Below, one piece after another: positions 53,366-63,393 of a stretch of 64,000 bases of DNA. The stretch is from a bacterium (GTDB lineage: Bacteria; Auribacterota; UBA3054): positions 30,074-94,073 of the forward strand of contig JAGCTE010000037.1 of the NCBI GenBank assembly GCA_017963805.1, given 5' to 3'. The notes beneath the pieces are model-generated. The model was not told the DNA's origin. It searched no databases and was given only the letters and a program-made list of their open reading frames with translations. Each line of letters begins with the position of its first letter. Position 1 is the stretch's first letter. The translations under genes were made by a program, and so were the position numbers.

Positions 53366-54657
53366 AGAGCTTGAAAGAAAAAATACTTTCCCATGAGGCC
53401 CGCGTGGCGGTCGTGGGACTTGGCTACGTAGGTCTGCCCTTAGCCTGCGCCTTCGCGAGCAAAGGCTATCATGTGACCGGCATCGATCTAAGCGAAAGCA
53501 AAGTCGAAAGCTTGAAGAAAGGCGACAGCTACATAATAGACGTGAAGTCGGAGACCTTGAAGAGCCTGGTAAACGAAGGCCGCTTCACGCCGACCACCGA
53601 TTTTGCCGCCTTGAGAAACGTCGACTGCATTTCCATCTGCGTCCCGACGCCCTTGGCCAAGACGGGCGAACCGGACGTTTCCTACATGATCAACGCCAGG
53701 GACTACATCCTGCCGCACCTGCAGAAGGGCACGCTCTTCGTTTTGGAGAGCACGACGTACCCTGGCAGCACGAGGGAACTGATGATCAAGCCGCTTCAGA
53801 AGGCCGGCTTCGAACTGGGCAAGGACGTCTTCGTCGCTTTCTCACCGGAACGCGTCGACCCCGGCAACCCCAAATACAACACGCTTAACACCCCTAAGGT
53901 CGTGGGCGGCGCCACGAGCGAATGCACGGAGCTCGCGGTCGCGCTCTACTCCTCCATCATCCCGATGATCGTGCCGGTCTCCTCCTGCGAAGCCGCGGAG
54001 ATGGCGAAGCTTCTGGAGAACACTTTCAGAAGCATCAACATCGGCCTTGTGAACGAGATCGCCATCATGTGCAAATACCTCGGCATCGACGTCTGGGAAG
54101 TCATCAAAGCCGCTTCCAGCAAGCCCTTCGGCTTCATGCCGTTCTATCCCGGCCCCGGCATCGGCGGCCACTGCATTCCCATTGACCCGCTGTATCTTTC
54201 CTGGAAACTAAGGACTTTGCACTACAAGGCCCGCTTCATCGAGCTGGCGGACGACATCAACAGCGCCATGCCCGATTACGTCGTGGGACTTATCGGCGAA
54301 GCCTTGAACGAGCATAAAAAGAGCATCAAGGGGTCGAAAATACTCCTTCTCGGCATGGCTTACAAAAAGGACATCGACGACCTCAGGGAAAGCCCCTCGC
54401 TTCTCGTTTACGACAGGCTGCGCCAGAAGGGCGCCGAGCTCTATTACCACGATCCTTTCATCAAGAGCTTCCGCTACAATGACGAAACCATAACGGGCGT
54501 CGGCGGCGAGAACATGGGCCAGTACGACTGCATAGTCGTCCTGACGAACCACTCCTGCTTCGACTATGACGCGATCGCCAAGAGCGCTCAGCTGATCGTC
54601 GACACCCGCAACGCCACAAAAGACATTGCGGACCGCAGCAATATCGTTACGCTTTGA
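53362..54657 (+). CDS. Nucleotide-sugar 6-dehydrogenase (UDP-glucose/UDP-GlcNAc dehydrogenase family)
   Basis: [12 protein letters not shown] (NAD binding), catalytic region [16 protein letters not shown]. 431 aa. Substrate not determinable by eye. ATGA overlap with the UXS gene. Confidence 0.8.
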
Positions 54658-55868
54658 TGATCAGAAGATCCCGCTTGCCTCTTTCCGAACTGGCTTTTGT
54701 CTGGGGTGGGAACATCCTCAGCAAAGTCATGATGTTTTTCGCCACAGTCTATCTGGCGAACAAACTGGAAGTGGAGGGCTTCGGGATATTCAGCACGGCG
54801 TTCGCCATAACGAACTACATCAGCCTGGCGCTTTTCACCGGCCTTGACACGCTCACTACCGCTGAAAGCGCCAAGCTTTCTCCCGCTTCGGTCTGGCCTT
54901 ATTCCAAGGAGCTCTTCTCCGTCAGGAGGAAATTGGCGAACCTGGCCGTCATCCTGACCGCCCTCATCGCCCTTTACATGGGGAAGGGGAGCAGGGATTC
55001 CGGCTTCGCGCTCATCCTTTTCGGCTTGGGCTTCATTCCGCTGCAATTTTATTCCGTCAACCTTTTCTACGGGCTCGAGTGGTCGTGGCCGATCGCGGCT
55101 TACTTCGTGGGCGGGAGAGTCGTCTATCTTGCGCTGCTTTTCGTTTTGGTCAAAGGCAGTTCGAACCTTATGGCGGCCGCCGGCGCTTTCACCGCCGCCA
55201 TCGCCATAGAGAACATTTTCCTTTTTCTCTGCCTTTTCCTGCGCTACGGGAAGAAGGCGGACCGAAGCGTTCCCGCGCCGAAGATCGATTTTAAGCCCGT
55301 TCTTGTCCTGACCGTTTTGTCCGCTCTCATCCTTCTGCACGAGAACGCGCCGCAGTTCCTGGTCTTCTTCATCAAAGGGGAAGAGGAAGCCGGGCTTTAC
55401 GCCTCGTCTTTCAGGCTCATCTACACGGCCGTCACTTTCGCCAACCTTGGGGGCTTCGTCTTTTTGGCGCGCTTTTCCAAAGAGTCGGGCGAGGGAACGT
55501 ACAAAAAAAGCCTTCTGCCGGCCTTCGTCCTGGGAATTCTCTTCGCGGCCGCCGGCTATTTCTGCGCGGATCTTGTTTACTCTTTGCTTTTCAGCAAGTC
55601 TTACGAAGGGGGAGCGCTCGTTTTGAGAGCCGGCGTCTTCCAGATGGCTCTGGTTCCTCTAAGAGTCTTGGCTTACCAGAGAGTGATAGCGAAAGGGAAC
55701 GCCAAATCGGCGCTTTGGCCGCTCGTTCTGGCCGTAACCGCGAGCGTGGGCTTGTCGGCGTACATGACAAGCGTTTACGGGGCGGTGGGCGCCGCCAGGG
55801 GCCTTGTCTTCGGGGAGGCGGTCGTCTGCGCCCTCTTGCTGACGCTGGCCGGGCGAACTAATTCCTGA
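54654..55868 (+). CDS. Polytopic membrane protein, oligosaccharide flippase-like (MOP superfamily)
   Basis: 404 aa with about 10-12 TM helices. ATGA overlap with the dehydrogenase gene. Wzx-like composition but no diagnostic motif. Confidence 0.55.
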   Translation: MMIRRSRLPLSELAFVWGGNILSKVMMFFATVYLANKLEVEGFGIFSTAFAITNYISLALFTGLDTLTTAESAKLSPASVWPYSKELFSVRRKLANLAVILTALIALYMGKGSRDSGFALILFGLGFIPLQFYSVNLFYGLEWSWPIAAYFVGGRVVYLALLFVLVKGSSNLMAAAGAFTAAIAIENIFLFLCLFLRYGKKADRSVPAPKIDFKPVLVLTVLSALILLHENAPQFLVFFIKGEEEAGLYASSFRLIYTAVTFANLGGFVFLARFSKESGEGTYKKSLLPAFVLGILFAAAGYFCADLVYSLLFSKSYEGGALVLRAGVFQMALVPLRVLAYQRVIAKGNAKSALWPLVLAVTASVGLSAYMTSVYGAVGAARGLVFGEAVVCALLLTLAGRTNS

Positions 55869-57930
55869 TAGTGTGGAGCGCCGTCTCCAGGTGCGTCAGC
55901 AAAAGCCTGTCCTGCTCAGCGATCTGACGCATGGCGTCGATCTGCCTCAAAAAGTAGCTCTGGTCGAACTTGCTCGGCTGGTAGCGCGAATTCTCGTAGC
56001 CCAGCACGTAGCCGTTGTTCAGGGCGCTGCGCGCGATGGTCAGCTCTCTTTCCAAAATCTCTTTGGCTTCCGCCATGGGAATGGAGATGATGGGGACGGC
56101 TTTGATGAGGTGGTTGACGAAGGTCAGGGCGTCGCTGCGGCCGTCGATCATGGTGTTCCAGAGGCTGCGGTTGACGCTGGCAAACTTGGGATCCGGCATG
56201 CCTTCGCGCCTAGACCAGCCGGCGACTTCCCTCATCCAGCAGGAGAAGAGTTTCCCGCCCGTAAGGCAGCCCTGGCTGCTCGTTCCCTTGATCTGTTTTA
56301 TCCAACGCGAGAGCGCGAGCGCCACGTCGTCCTCGAAGGGCTGCTTGGGAAGCGCGCCGTCTATTAGGATGATGTCGGCGGGAAGAGTGGTGAATTCCAA
56401 AAGCTTCGTCTGGGGATCCAGCGCGCTGCGGCCCAGCCAGGTGAAGCCGTAGTCGTTGTAGCCGGCGATGACGCCCCAATAGCCGGAGCGGTTAAGGTTC
56501 GCGCCCACCAGCGCGTGCTTCTTTACGGAAATGTTCTCTATCACTTTCCTGATGGCCGCGTCGTAGACTCTTTTGATGTTGCTGTCGAAGGTGGCGGCCT
56601 CCGCGTCGCTGATCTTTGTCGTGACGCTTCTCAGACGGAATCCGCAGGCCTCCGCCAGGGCGTCCTTCATGTCAGCGCCTTCGTTGATCTCGCGGCAGAA
56701 ATACCAGCTGTTGGTCATGAGGGCGAGCCTGAAGGGGAGCCCCGCGATGGAGCGCGTGACAAAGGAGGGCCTGTCGCTTCCGGAGAGCTGGCAGGCTATG
56801 AGAAGGGAGCAGGCCAGGGATCCCTCGTAGCGCGAGTCGATCTGCATGTCGACTATCGTGTTGGCGAGCTTGTCGGAAATGAGCTGCGAGCGCTTGCTGG
56901 GGGAGTAATACTCCTGGCTTAGGGAATTGCGCTTGTTGGCGAGGGTGAAGAAGCACTCGGCGCAGCTCATGAGGGGAACGGTCAGTTTCCTTATCTTTTC
57001 GCCCAGGACGGTCTGCGCGGCAAGGTCGGTCTGGGGATGATCCCAGGCGGGGTCGCCTATGATGCCGTTGAACGCGTCGGAATAGTTTTTGTATTCCTTT
57101 TCAGCGAGGCCGATCAGCGACCTCTCCTCTTCCGTCTGGCAAAGCTGGTACATGAAGGGGAAGAGCTGAAGGGCTTTCTTGGAATCGTGCTGCCAGCGCA
57201 AAAGATGCTTCATGATGCAGTTGTTGAATGTGGAGTTGCATTCCGGGCACCAGGGCATTGTGTAGGCGCCGTCAGCGAATTCGCGCAGCATGTTGACGCC
57301 GCCAATTAGGAAGGAGACCGTGGTGGTGCCGTTCAGGAGTTTCCCGATGTTCTCGAAGATGAAGACTTGCGGCGAATCTGTTGAGGCGGGGCGGGAAGAC
57401 TTTTTTATGAGCCAGACTTTTTCGGGAACGCCCTGGTAAGTGTAGGCCGCGCCCCTGTAAACGGCCCTTAACGTAAGGCCGGTGCCTGCTTCGACGTAGT
57501 GCCAGGTGGGGGAGAGCTGCCCCGGAAGCTTGGCGAACTGGATGGCCGGGACGCCTTCCCTTTGCGAATCGGATATGAGCTTGCGGTATTCCGTGCGTTT
57601 GGAACTCGAGATCTGCTCTTTGGCGCTGAATGTTCTCTCCTCGTTCCTAAGGCGGTAGAAGTTGTTCAGCCTTTGGACATTGAATTGGCAGGAGTAGGGG
57701 AAGTCGACGTTCCGCCCGCAGATCGTTTCGCTGCTTCTCAAGGGCGTGAAGGGGAGCCCGTTCAGGCAGGCCAGTTCCTCGTAGGAAGCGTTGACGCCGT
57801 AAAGCTGCAGGGCCAGGCGGTAGGCTTCGAGGAAGTCGTCTTTCTCTGGCTGCAAGGGAAGCGTCTCGGCGCCAAGCGACGCCAAGGCGAAAACGGAAAG
57901 CAGAAATGCCGCGGCAAGGTTTTTCTTCAT
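55858..57930 (-). CDS. Hypothetical secreted protein (690 aa)
   Basis: Signal peptide MKKNLAAAFLLSVFALASLGAE. Coding bias is clear. Two similar blocks are present (LACLNGLPFTPLRSS..C and SIAGLPFRLALMTNSWYFC). No family recognised. Its 3' end overlaps the convergent flippase gene by 11 nt. Confidence 0.5.
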   Translation of the reverse strand: MKKNLAAAFLLSVFALASLGAETLPLQPEKDDFLEAYRLALQLYGVNASYEELACLNGLPFTPLRSSETICGRNVDFPYSCQFNVQRLNNFYRLRNEERTFSAKEQISSSKRTEYRKLISDSQREGVPAIQFAKLPGQLSPTWHYVEAGTGLTLRAVYRGAAYTYQGVPEKVWLIKKSSRPASTDSPQVFIFENIGKLLNGTTTVSFLIGGVNMLREFADGAYTMPWCPECNSTFNNCIMKHLLRWQHDSKKALQLFPFMYQLCQTEEERSLIGLAEKEYKNYSDAFNGIIGDPAWDHPQTDLAAQTVLGEKIRKLTVPLMSCAECFFTLANKRNSLSQEYYSPSKRSQLISDKLANTIVDMQIDSRYEGSLACSLLIACQLSGSDRPSFVTRSIAGLPFRLALMTNSWYFCREINEGADMKDALAEACGFRLRSVTTKISDAEAATFDSNIKRVYDAAIRKVIENISVKKHALVGANLNRSGYWGVIAGYNDYGFTWLGRSALDPQTKLLEFTTLPADIILIDGALPKQPFEDDVALALSRWIKQIKGTSSQGCLTGGKLFSCWMREVAGWSRREGMPDPKFASVNRSLWNTMIDGRSDALTFVNHLIKAVPIISIPMAEAKEILERELTIARSALNNGYVLGYENSRYQPSKFDQSYFLRQIDAMRQIAEQDRLLLTHLETALHTIRN

Positions 57931-57969
57931 AGAATGTTTCCAACATTAATAATTAGAGTATTACATCTG

Positions 57970-57978
57970 ATTATACCA
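57970..57978 (-). promoter_or_regulatory. Candidate extended -10 promoter (TGGTATAAT, minus strand)
   Basis: The same 12-mer, gattataccatt, occurs at 30285-30296. ~40 nt upstream of the ATG at 57930. Confidence 0.4.
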
Positions 57979-57994
57979 TTACTTGGGCTTCCTA

Positions 57995-58003
57995 TGATAT
58001 AAT
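57995..58003 (+). promoter_or_regulatory. Candidate extended -10 promoter (TGATATAAT, plus strand)
   Basis: ~37 nt upstream of the ATG at 58040, with a GAAGGA RBS at 58026-58031. Back-to-back with the minus-strand element. Confidence 0.4.
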
Positions 58004-58039
58004 CGATTCCGTAACCAACCATATTGAAGGAAAAGAACG

Positions 58040-59740
58040 ATGCTTTCTTTGGGAAAACAACTTACGGCTGCGGCGCTTCTGTTTCTGGCCGCCGGCTGCT
58101 CTTCTTCCTTCGGAGCCCCGAAAGGAAAAGGAAAAACCATGAACATGCAAAAGATCAAATTCAGCGACTACGGAGCGAAAGCGGACGGCAGCGCCAACGC
58201 GAAAGACGCTTTCCAGGCGGCTTTCGACGCCTGCAGGGCGAAAGGGAACTGCGAGCTGGTCATAGAGCCGGGCGTCTACCTCATAAGCGACCCCGAGGCC
58301 GTAAAGCTTCGCGACGCCGTCATGTCCTTGAAGGACAAGAGCCAGGACGAGGGCACTATCTTCCAGTTCTATTTCCCCTACGTCACGGGGCTGGACATGC
58401 GCAACCTTAAGAACGTCAAGGTGACCGCCAAGGGCGTCACGATCCTCTGCGAAGGCTTCATGGAGCCCGTGACTTTGGAAGGCTCGAAGAATGTCTGCAT
58501 AGAAGGCCTGAACATCTCCTACAAGAGGCTGCCTTTCAGTCAGGGCATCATCACGAAAGTCGAAAAAGACTATTACGACGTGAAGCTGGACAAGGACACT
58601 CCGCTGACCGAAGGGACCGCGCTGTCGAGGATCTCTTACTGGGATCCCGTTAGGGAACGCTTGGAGCCCAACCAGGATTATTTCCAGCGGGACAACGAAG
58701 TGCTTCCGGACGGCACCTTCCGCGTGCACAGTTCCCTGCCCGGCCACTACAAAGGCTATATCGTGATCTTCAACCACTCGCTGCATTTCCGCCCGGCCAT
58801 CCTTGTGAACGAGTGCGAGGACATAACATTGAAGGACGTGACGATCTTCTGCCAGCCCGGCATGGGCATAGTCGGCAACAAGACTAGGAACATCTTCATG
58901 CAGGGGCTTAGGGTCGTGCCGCTGCCCGGGAAAAAGCTCTCTACCAACACGGACGCCACGCACTTCACGAACTGCTCCGGCATAATCGACTTCGAGAACT
59001 GCATGTTCGCGAACCAGGGCGACGACGCCACGAACCTTCACAACTTCTATTACACGATGCTGCCTGTGGAAGGGGAGGCCTCGAGCGCGATCCTGAAAGT
59101 GAAAGCCATGACGCACGCCCTCGTCCTCGACGCTCCGGAAGCCGGCGACATAATGGAAATAGTTGACTACGAGACCATGAACGTTTTGACGACCATGAAA
59201 GTCGTGAGAGTTGAAAAGGACGTGAAGAAACTGCAAAGCAAAGTGACTTTCGACGCTCCGCTCCCGAATCACCTCGAAAAATACGCCTGCATCAACGCCA
59301 GCAGGATGCCTAGCTTAAGGATGCGCGGCTGCTCCATCATGTCGCACCGCGCCAGGGGCATTCTCATAAAGACCAGGAACGTTCTCATAGAGAACTGCAC
59401 CATCATGGAAACGACTTTGTACGCCATCCATATCGGCGTCGAGAAAGGCTGGGGCGAAGGCCCGGGCTCTGAGAACGTCGTGATAAGGGGTAACCGCTTC
59501 ATCCGCTGCGGCTACGGCGGCGGCTGCACCGGGATCTGCATCAACTGCGACGGCAACGAGAAGTCCCGCGTGCACGACAACATCCTCATAGAAAACAACA
59601 TTTTCGAGTCGGAGCTCGACCAGCCGGACGTCGTCGTTTCCTACGCCAAAAACGTCATGCTGCGCCACAACATTTTCTCGGCCAAATCGAAGGATCCCGT
59701 GAAAATAAGGCACGCCGAAAAGGTCGTGCAGCAGAACTGA
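58040..59740 (+). CDS. Right-handed parallel beta-helix (pectin-lyase fold) lipoprotein, putative glycoside hydrolase/lyase
   Basis: Lipobox LAAGCSSS. The N-terminal block IKFSDYGAKADGSANAKDAFQAAFDACRAKGNCELVIEPGVYLI is typical of Pectate_lyase_3 / beta-helix glycosidases. Periodic ..NC.F......GI.I.. repeats follow. Confidence 0.65.
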   Translation: MLSLGKQLTAAALLFLAAGCSSSFGAPKGKGKTMNMQKIKFSDYGAKADGSANAKDAFQAAFDACRAKGNCELVIEPGVYLISDPEAVKLRDAVMSLKDKSQDEGTIFQFYFPYVTGLDMRNLKNVKVTAKGVTILCEGFMEPVTLEGSKNVCIEGLNISYKRLPFSQGIITKVEKDYYDVKLDKDTPLTEGTALSRISYWDPVRERLEPNQDYFQRDNEVLPDGTFRVHSSLPGHYKGYIVIFNHSLHFRPAILVNECEDITLKDVTIFCQPGMGIVGNKTRNIFMQGLRVVPLPGKKLSTNTDATHFTNCSGIIDFENCMFANQGDDATNLHNFYYTMLPVEGEASSAILKVKAMTHALVLDAPEAGDIMEIVDYETMNVLTTMKVVRVEKDVKKLQSKVTFDAPLPNHLEKYACINASRMPSLRMRGCSIMSHRARGILIKTRNVLIENCTIMETTLYAIHIGVEKGWGEGPGSENVVIRGNRFIRCGYGGGCTGICINCDGNEKSRVHDNILIENNIFESELDQPDVVVSYAKNVMLRHNIFSAKSKDPVKIRHAEKVVQQN

Positions 59741-59760
59741 AAAACCGAACGAGAATAATA

Positions 59761-59797
59761 AAAAAAGGCCCGCGGCAAAAGCCGCGGGCCTTTTTTT
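59761..59797. terminator. Bidirectional rho-independent terminator between convergent genes
   Basis: AAAAAA-GGCCCGCGG-caaaag-CCGCGGGCC-TTTTTTT. The perfect 9-bp GC stem is flanked by an A-run and a T-run, so it can serve both strands. Confidence 0.8.
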
Positions 59798-59814
59798 GCG
59801 CGTCTGGCTAAGCC

Positions 59815-61566
59815 TTATTTGTAGAGGCCGCGCTTGACGTACTTGGTGTGCAGGCACTCGTGAGCCTTGTGGCTGCCGGGCTTCTCATAGAATTCCTCAT
59901 ACACCTTCTTGATGCTGGGATTCTCATGGGACTTCCTGAACTTCATGCCACTGTCGAGCTGGTAGAGCGCTTTGGCGCGTTCGGCCCTGATATCCACGGT
60001 GTTCCTGATGGAAGCGTGGACCTGGGGCTGGCCGCCGCCGTTGACGCAGCCGCCCGGGCAGGCCATGATCTCGATGAAGTGGTAGTCCGCTTCGCCGTTC
60101 CTGACCTTCGTCAGAAGTTCTTTCGCGTTGGCAAGGCCGCTCGCCACGGCGATCTTGACATCCATGCCGGCCACGTTGTAGGTGGCTTCCTTGATGCCCT
60201 TGGTGCCGCGCACTTCCTTGAAGTCGACAGCCTTCAATTCCTGGCCGGTGATCCATTCGACCGCCGTCCTGAGAGCGGCTTCCATGACGCCGCCGGTCGC
60301 GCCGAAGATGACGGCCGCGCCGGTACTTTCGCCCAGAGGATCATCGAAGCCTTCGTCGGGCAGTTCGCGGAACTTGATGCCGTGATGCTTGATCATGCGG
60401 GCCAGTTCGCGGGTCGTGATGGAGTAGTCGAGGTCAGGGATGCCGGGGCCCGCGGCGGACTGATCGTCGCGGCCGATCTCGAACTTCTTGGCCGTGCAGG
60501 GCATGACGGAGACGGAGACGATCTTCTTGGGATCGATGCCCATCTTCTGCGCGTAGTAGGTCTTCAGCGTGGCGCCGAACATCTGCTGCGGGGACTTGCA
60601 GGTGGAGAGGTTCTCGGTCAGTTCGGGGAAGTAATGTTCGCAGAACTTGATCCAGCCGGGGGAGCAGGAGGTGATCAGAGGCAGTTTGCCGCCGTTCTTG
60701 ACTCTCTCGACGAATTCGTTGGCTTCTTCCATGATGGTCAGGTCGGCGCTGAAGTCAGTGTCGAAGACCTTGTCGAAGCCCATGCGGCGCAAAGCGGCCG
60801 CCATCTTGCCTTCCACGGGAGTGCCCATGGGGTAGCCGAATTCCTCGCCCAAAGCGGCCCTGACGGCCGGGGCGGTCTGGACGACCACGAATTTCTCGGG
60901 ATCGTTGATGGCTTTCTGCACTTCCTCGGTGTAGTCCTTTTCTTTCAAAGCGCCCACCGGGCAGACGGCGATGCACTGTCCGCAGCAGACGCAGCTCGTT
61001 TCACCCAAGCCCATTTCGAAGGGGGAGGTGATCCTGGTCTTGAAGCCGCGGCCGTTGGCGCCGATGACGCCCACAGCCTGGATCTTTTCGCAGACGGCCG
61101 TGCAGCGGCGGCAGAGGATGCACTTGTTGTTGTCGCGGATCATGTGCGCGGCGGAGATGTCCTCTTCGGACTCGCTTCTCACGCCGTCGTAGTAGCCCTC
61201 GTCCTCGACGCCCATGTCGTGGGCCAGAGTCTGCAGTTCGCATTTGCTGCTGCGGACGCAGGAGAGGCACTTGCGGTCATGGTTGGAGAGGATCAGAGAC
61301 AGGGTCTTCTTCCTCGCTTCCAGAACGCGCGCTGAATTGGTGGTGATCTCGATGCCCTCGTTGACGGGGTAAACGCAGGCGGCCACGAGCGTGCGGGCTT
61401 TCTTAACTTCCACCACGCACATTCTGCAGGCGCCGATCTCGTTGATGCCTTTCAGGTAGCAGAGAGTGGGGATCTCCACTCCGGCGATGCGGCAGGCTTC
61501 CAAGATGGTTGAGCCGGCGGGCACGCTGTAATCTTTACCGTTTATTTTGACATTTACATTTTCCAT
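59815..61566 (-). CDS. hydA: [FeFe] hydrogenase catalytic subunit (HydA/HndD type, with N-terminal 2Fe-2S and 4Fe-4S domains)
   Basis: 583 aa. The N-terminus is NuoG-like (VKINGKDYSVPAGSTILEAC..TLCY). H-cluster motifs are L1 ITSCSPGW, L2 MPCTAKKFE and L3 EIMACPGGCVNGGGQP. Confidence 0.9.
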   Translation of the reverse strand: MENVNVKINGKDYSVPAGSTILEACRIAGVEIPTLCYLKGINEIGACRMCVVEVKKARTLVAACVYPVNEGIEITTNSARVLEARKKTLSLILSNHDRKCLSCVRSSKCELQTLAHDMGVEDEGYYDGVRSESEEDISAAHMIRDNNKCILCRRCTAVCEKIQAVGVIGANGRGFKTRITSPFEMGLGETSCVCCGQCIAVCPVGALKEKDYTEEVQKAINDPEKFVVVQTAPAVRAALGEEFGYPMGTPVEGKMAAALRRMGFDKVFDTDFSADLTIMEEANEFVERVKNGGKLPLITSCSPGWIKFCEHYFPELTENLSTCKSPQQMFGATLKTYYAQKMGIDPKKIVSVSVMPCTAKKFEIGRDDQSAAGPGIPDLDYSITTRELARMIKHHGIKFRELPDEGFDDPLGESTGAAVIFGATGGVMEAALRTAVEWITGQELKAVDFKEVRGTKGIKEATYNVAGMDVKIAVASGLANAKELLTKVRNGEADYHFIEIMACPGGCVNGGGQPQVHASIRNTVDIRAERAKALYQLDSGMKFRKSHENPSIKKVYEEFYEKPGSHKAHECLHTKYVKRGLYK

Positions 61567-61578
61567 AGTATTTCTCCC

Positions 61579-63381
61579 TTATTTCTTGCTGATAGCGCCG
61601 AATTTGCAGTTATCCATACAAGCGCCGCACTTGATGCACTTCGTGGTGTCGATCGTATGGGGATTCCTGACTGTGCCAGTTATGGCGCCGACCGGGCAGT
61701 TGCGGGCGCACAGCGTGCAGCCTTTGCACTTCAGGGGGTCTATGACGTAGTTGAGGAGCGCTTTGCAGACGCCGGCGGGGCAGCGTTTCTCCACAACGTG
61801 GGCCTCGTATTCCTTGCGGAAGTAGCGCAGGGTGGAAAGGACCGGGTTGGGGGCCGTCTGTCCGAGGCCGCAAAGGGAGTTGTCCTTGATGTAGTAGCAG
61901 AGAGCTTCGAGCTTGTCGAGATCCTCAAGGGTGGCTTTGCCTTCCGTGATCTTCGTCAGCATCTCAAGCATGCGGCGCGTGCCGATACGGCAGGGCGTGC
62001 ATTTGCCGCAGGATTCGTCCACCGTGAATTCCAGGAAGAATTTCGCGATGTCGACCATGCAGTTGTCCTCGTCCATGACGATGAGGCCGCCCGAACCCAT
62101 CATGGAGCCGATGGCCATCAGGTTGTCGTAGTCGATCTGAACATCGAAGTGCTCGGCCGGGATGCAGCCGCCGGAAGGACCGCCGGTCTGCGCGGCTTTG
62201 AACTTCTTGCCGTTCGGAATGCCGCCGCCGATGTCTTCCACGATCTGGCGGAGCGTCGTGCCCATGGGAACTTCCACAAGACCGGTGTTGTTGATCTTGC
62301 CGCCAAGGGCGAAGACCTTCGTGCCTTTCGATTTTTCGGTGCCGATACTGGCGAACCACTGGGCGCCTTTCAAAATGATCTGGGGAATGTTGGCGTAGGT
62401 CTCGACGTTGTTAAGGATGGTCGGGCGCATGAAGAGGCCTTTGGCAGCCGGGAACGGGGGACGGGGCCTCGGTTCGCCGCGGTTGCCTTCTATACTGGTC
62501 ATCAGAGCCGTTTCTTCGCCGCAGACGAAAGCGCCGGCGCCAAGCCTGATGTCGATGTCGAAATCAAAGCCCGTGTTGAAAATGTTCTTGCCGAGCAAGC
62601 CGAGTTCCTTGGCCTGACCGATGGCGATCTGAAGACGCTTGACGGCGATGGGGTATTCGGCGCGGACGTAGATGAAGCCCTGGTTGGAGCCGATCGCGTA
62701 GCCGGCGATGGCCATGGCTTCAAGGACGGCGTGCGGGTCGCCTTCCAATACGGATCTGTCCATGAAAGCGCCCGGGTCGCCTTCGTCGGCGTTGCAGCAG
62801 ACGTACTTCGGTCCGCCGTCGTTGACGAGCGTGCGGGCCAGTTTCCACTTCATGCCGGTGGGGAAGCCGGCGCCGCCGCGGCCTCTAAGCCCGGCGTCCA
62901 AAAGCGTCTGGATGACGTCTTCCGGTTTCATCTCGGTCAGCACTTTGCCAAGCGCGGCGTAGCCGTCCATGGCGATGTACTCGTTGATGTCCTCGGGGTT
63001 GATGACGCCGCAGTTCCTAAGCGCGATGCGCATCTGGGCGCGGTAGAATTTGGTGTCGTTCAAGGAAACGTCGGCCTTGTTCTTCAGTTCGTCGGTGACG
63101 TCCTTGTATTCGAGGCGCTCGACGATGCGGCCCTTAAGCAGATGCTCGGAGACGATCTCTTCCACGTCGCCTTCCGTGACGCGGGAGTAGAAGGTGCCGT
63201 CGGGATAGACGATGACCACGGGGCCGAGGGCGCACAGGCCGAAGCAGCCGGTCTGAACGATCTTGACTTCCTGGTCCAACTCATACTTTTTGAGGTTAGT
63301 CTCGAAAGACTCCATCAGCTTGTGGCTGCCGGAAGAGGTGCAGCCGGTGCCGCCGCAGATCAATACTTGTGCACGAATCAT
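61579..63381 (-). CDS. hydB: NAD(P)H-binding flavoprotein subunit of the hydrogenase (NuoF-like, HydB/HndC)
   Basis: 600 aa. The N-terminal domain is thioredoxin-like 2Fe-2S (ICGGTGCTSSG..GCFGLCALGP). NuoF core motifs follow (GLRGRGGAGFPTG, ADEGDPGAF, ESCGKCTPCR). The C-terminus has 2x CxxCxxCxxxCP. Confidence 0.9.
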   Translation of the reverse strand: MIRAQVLICGGTGCTSSGSHKLMESFETNLKKYELDQEVKIVQTGCFGLCALGPVVIVYPDGTFYSRVTEGDVEEIVSEHLLKGRIVERLEYKDVTDELKNKADVSLNDTKFYRAQMRIALRNCGVINPEDINEYIAMDGYAALGKVLTEMKPEDVIQTLLDAGLRGRGGAGFPTGMKWKLARTLVNDGGPKYVCCNADEGDPGAFMDRSVLEGDPHAVLEAMAIAGYAIGSNQGFIYVRAEYPIAVKRLQIAIGQAKELGLLGKNIFNTGFDFDIDIRLGAGAFVCGEETALMTSIEGNRGEPRPRPPFPAAKGLFMRPTILNNVETYANIPQIILKGAQWFASIGTEKSKGTKVFALGGKINNTGLVEVPMGTTLRQIVEDIGGGIPNGKKFKAAQTGGPSGGCIPAEHFDVQIDYDNLMAIGSMMGSGGLIVMDEDNCMVDIAKFFLEFTVDESCGKCTPCRIGTRRMLEMLTKITEGKATLEDLDKLEALCYYIKDNSLCGLGQTAPNPVLSTLRYFRKEYEAHVVEKRCPAGVCKALLNYVIDPLKCKGCTLCARNCPVGAITGTVRNPHTIDTTKCIKCGACMDNCKFGAISKK

Positions 63382-63393
63382 AAAGTCTCCTCC

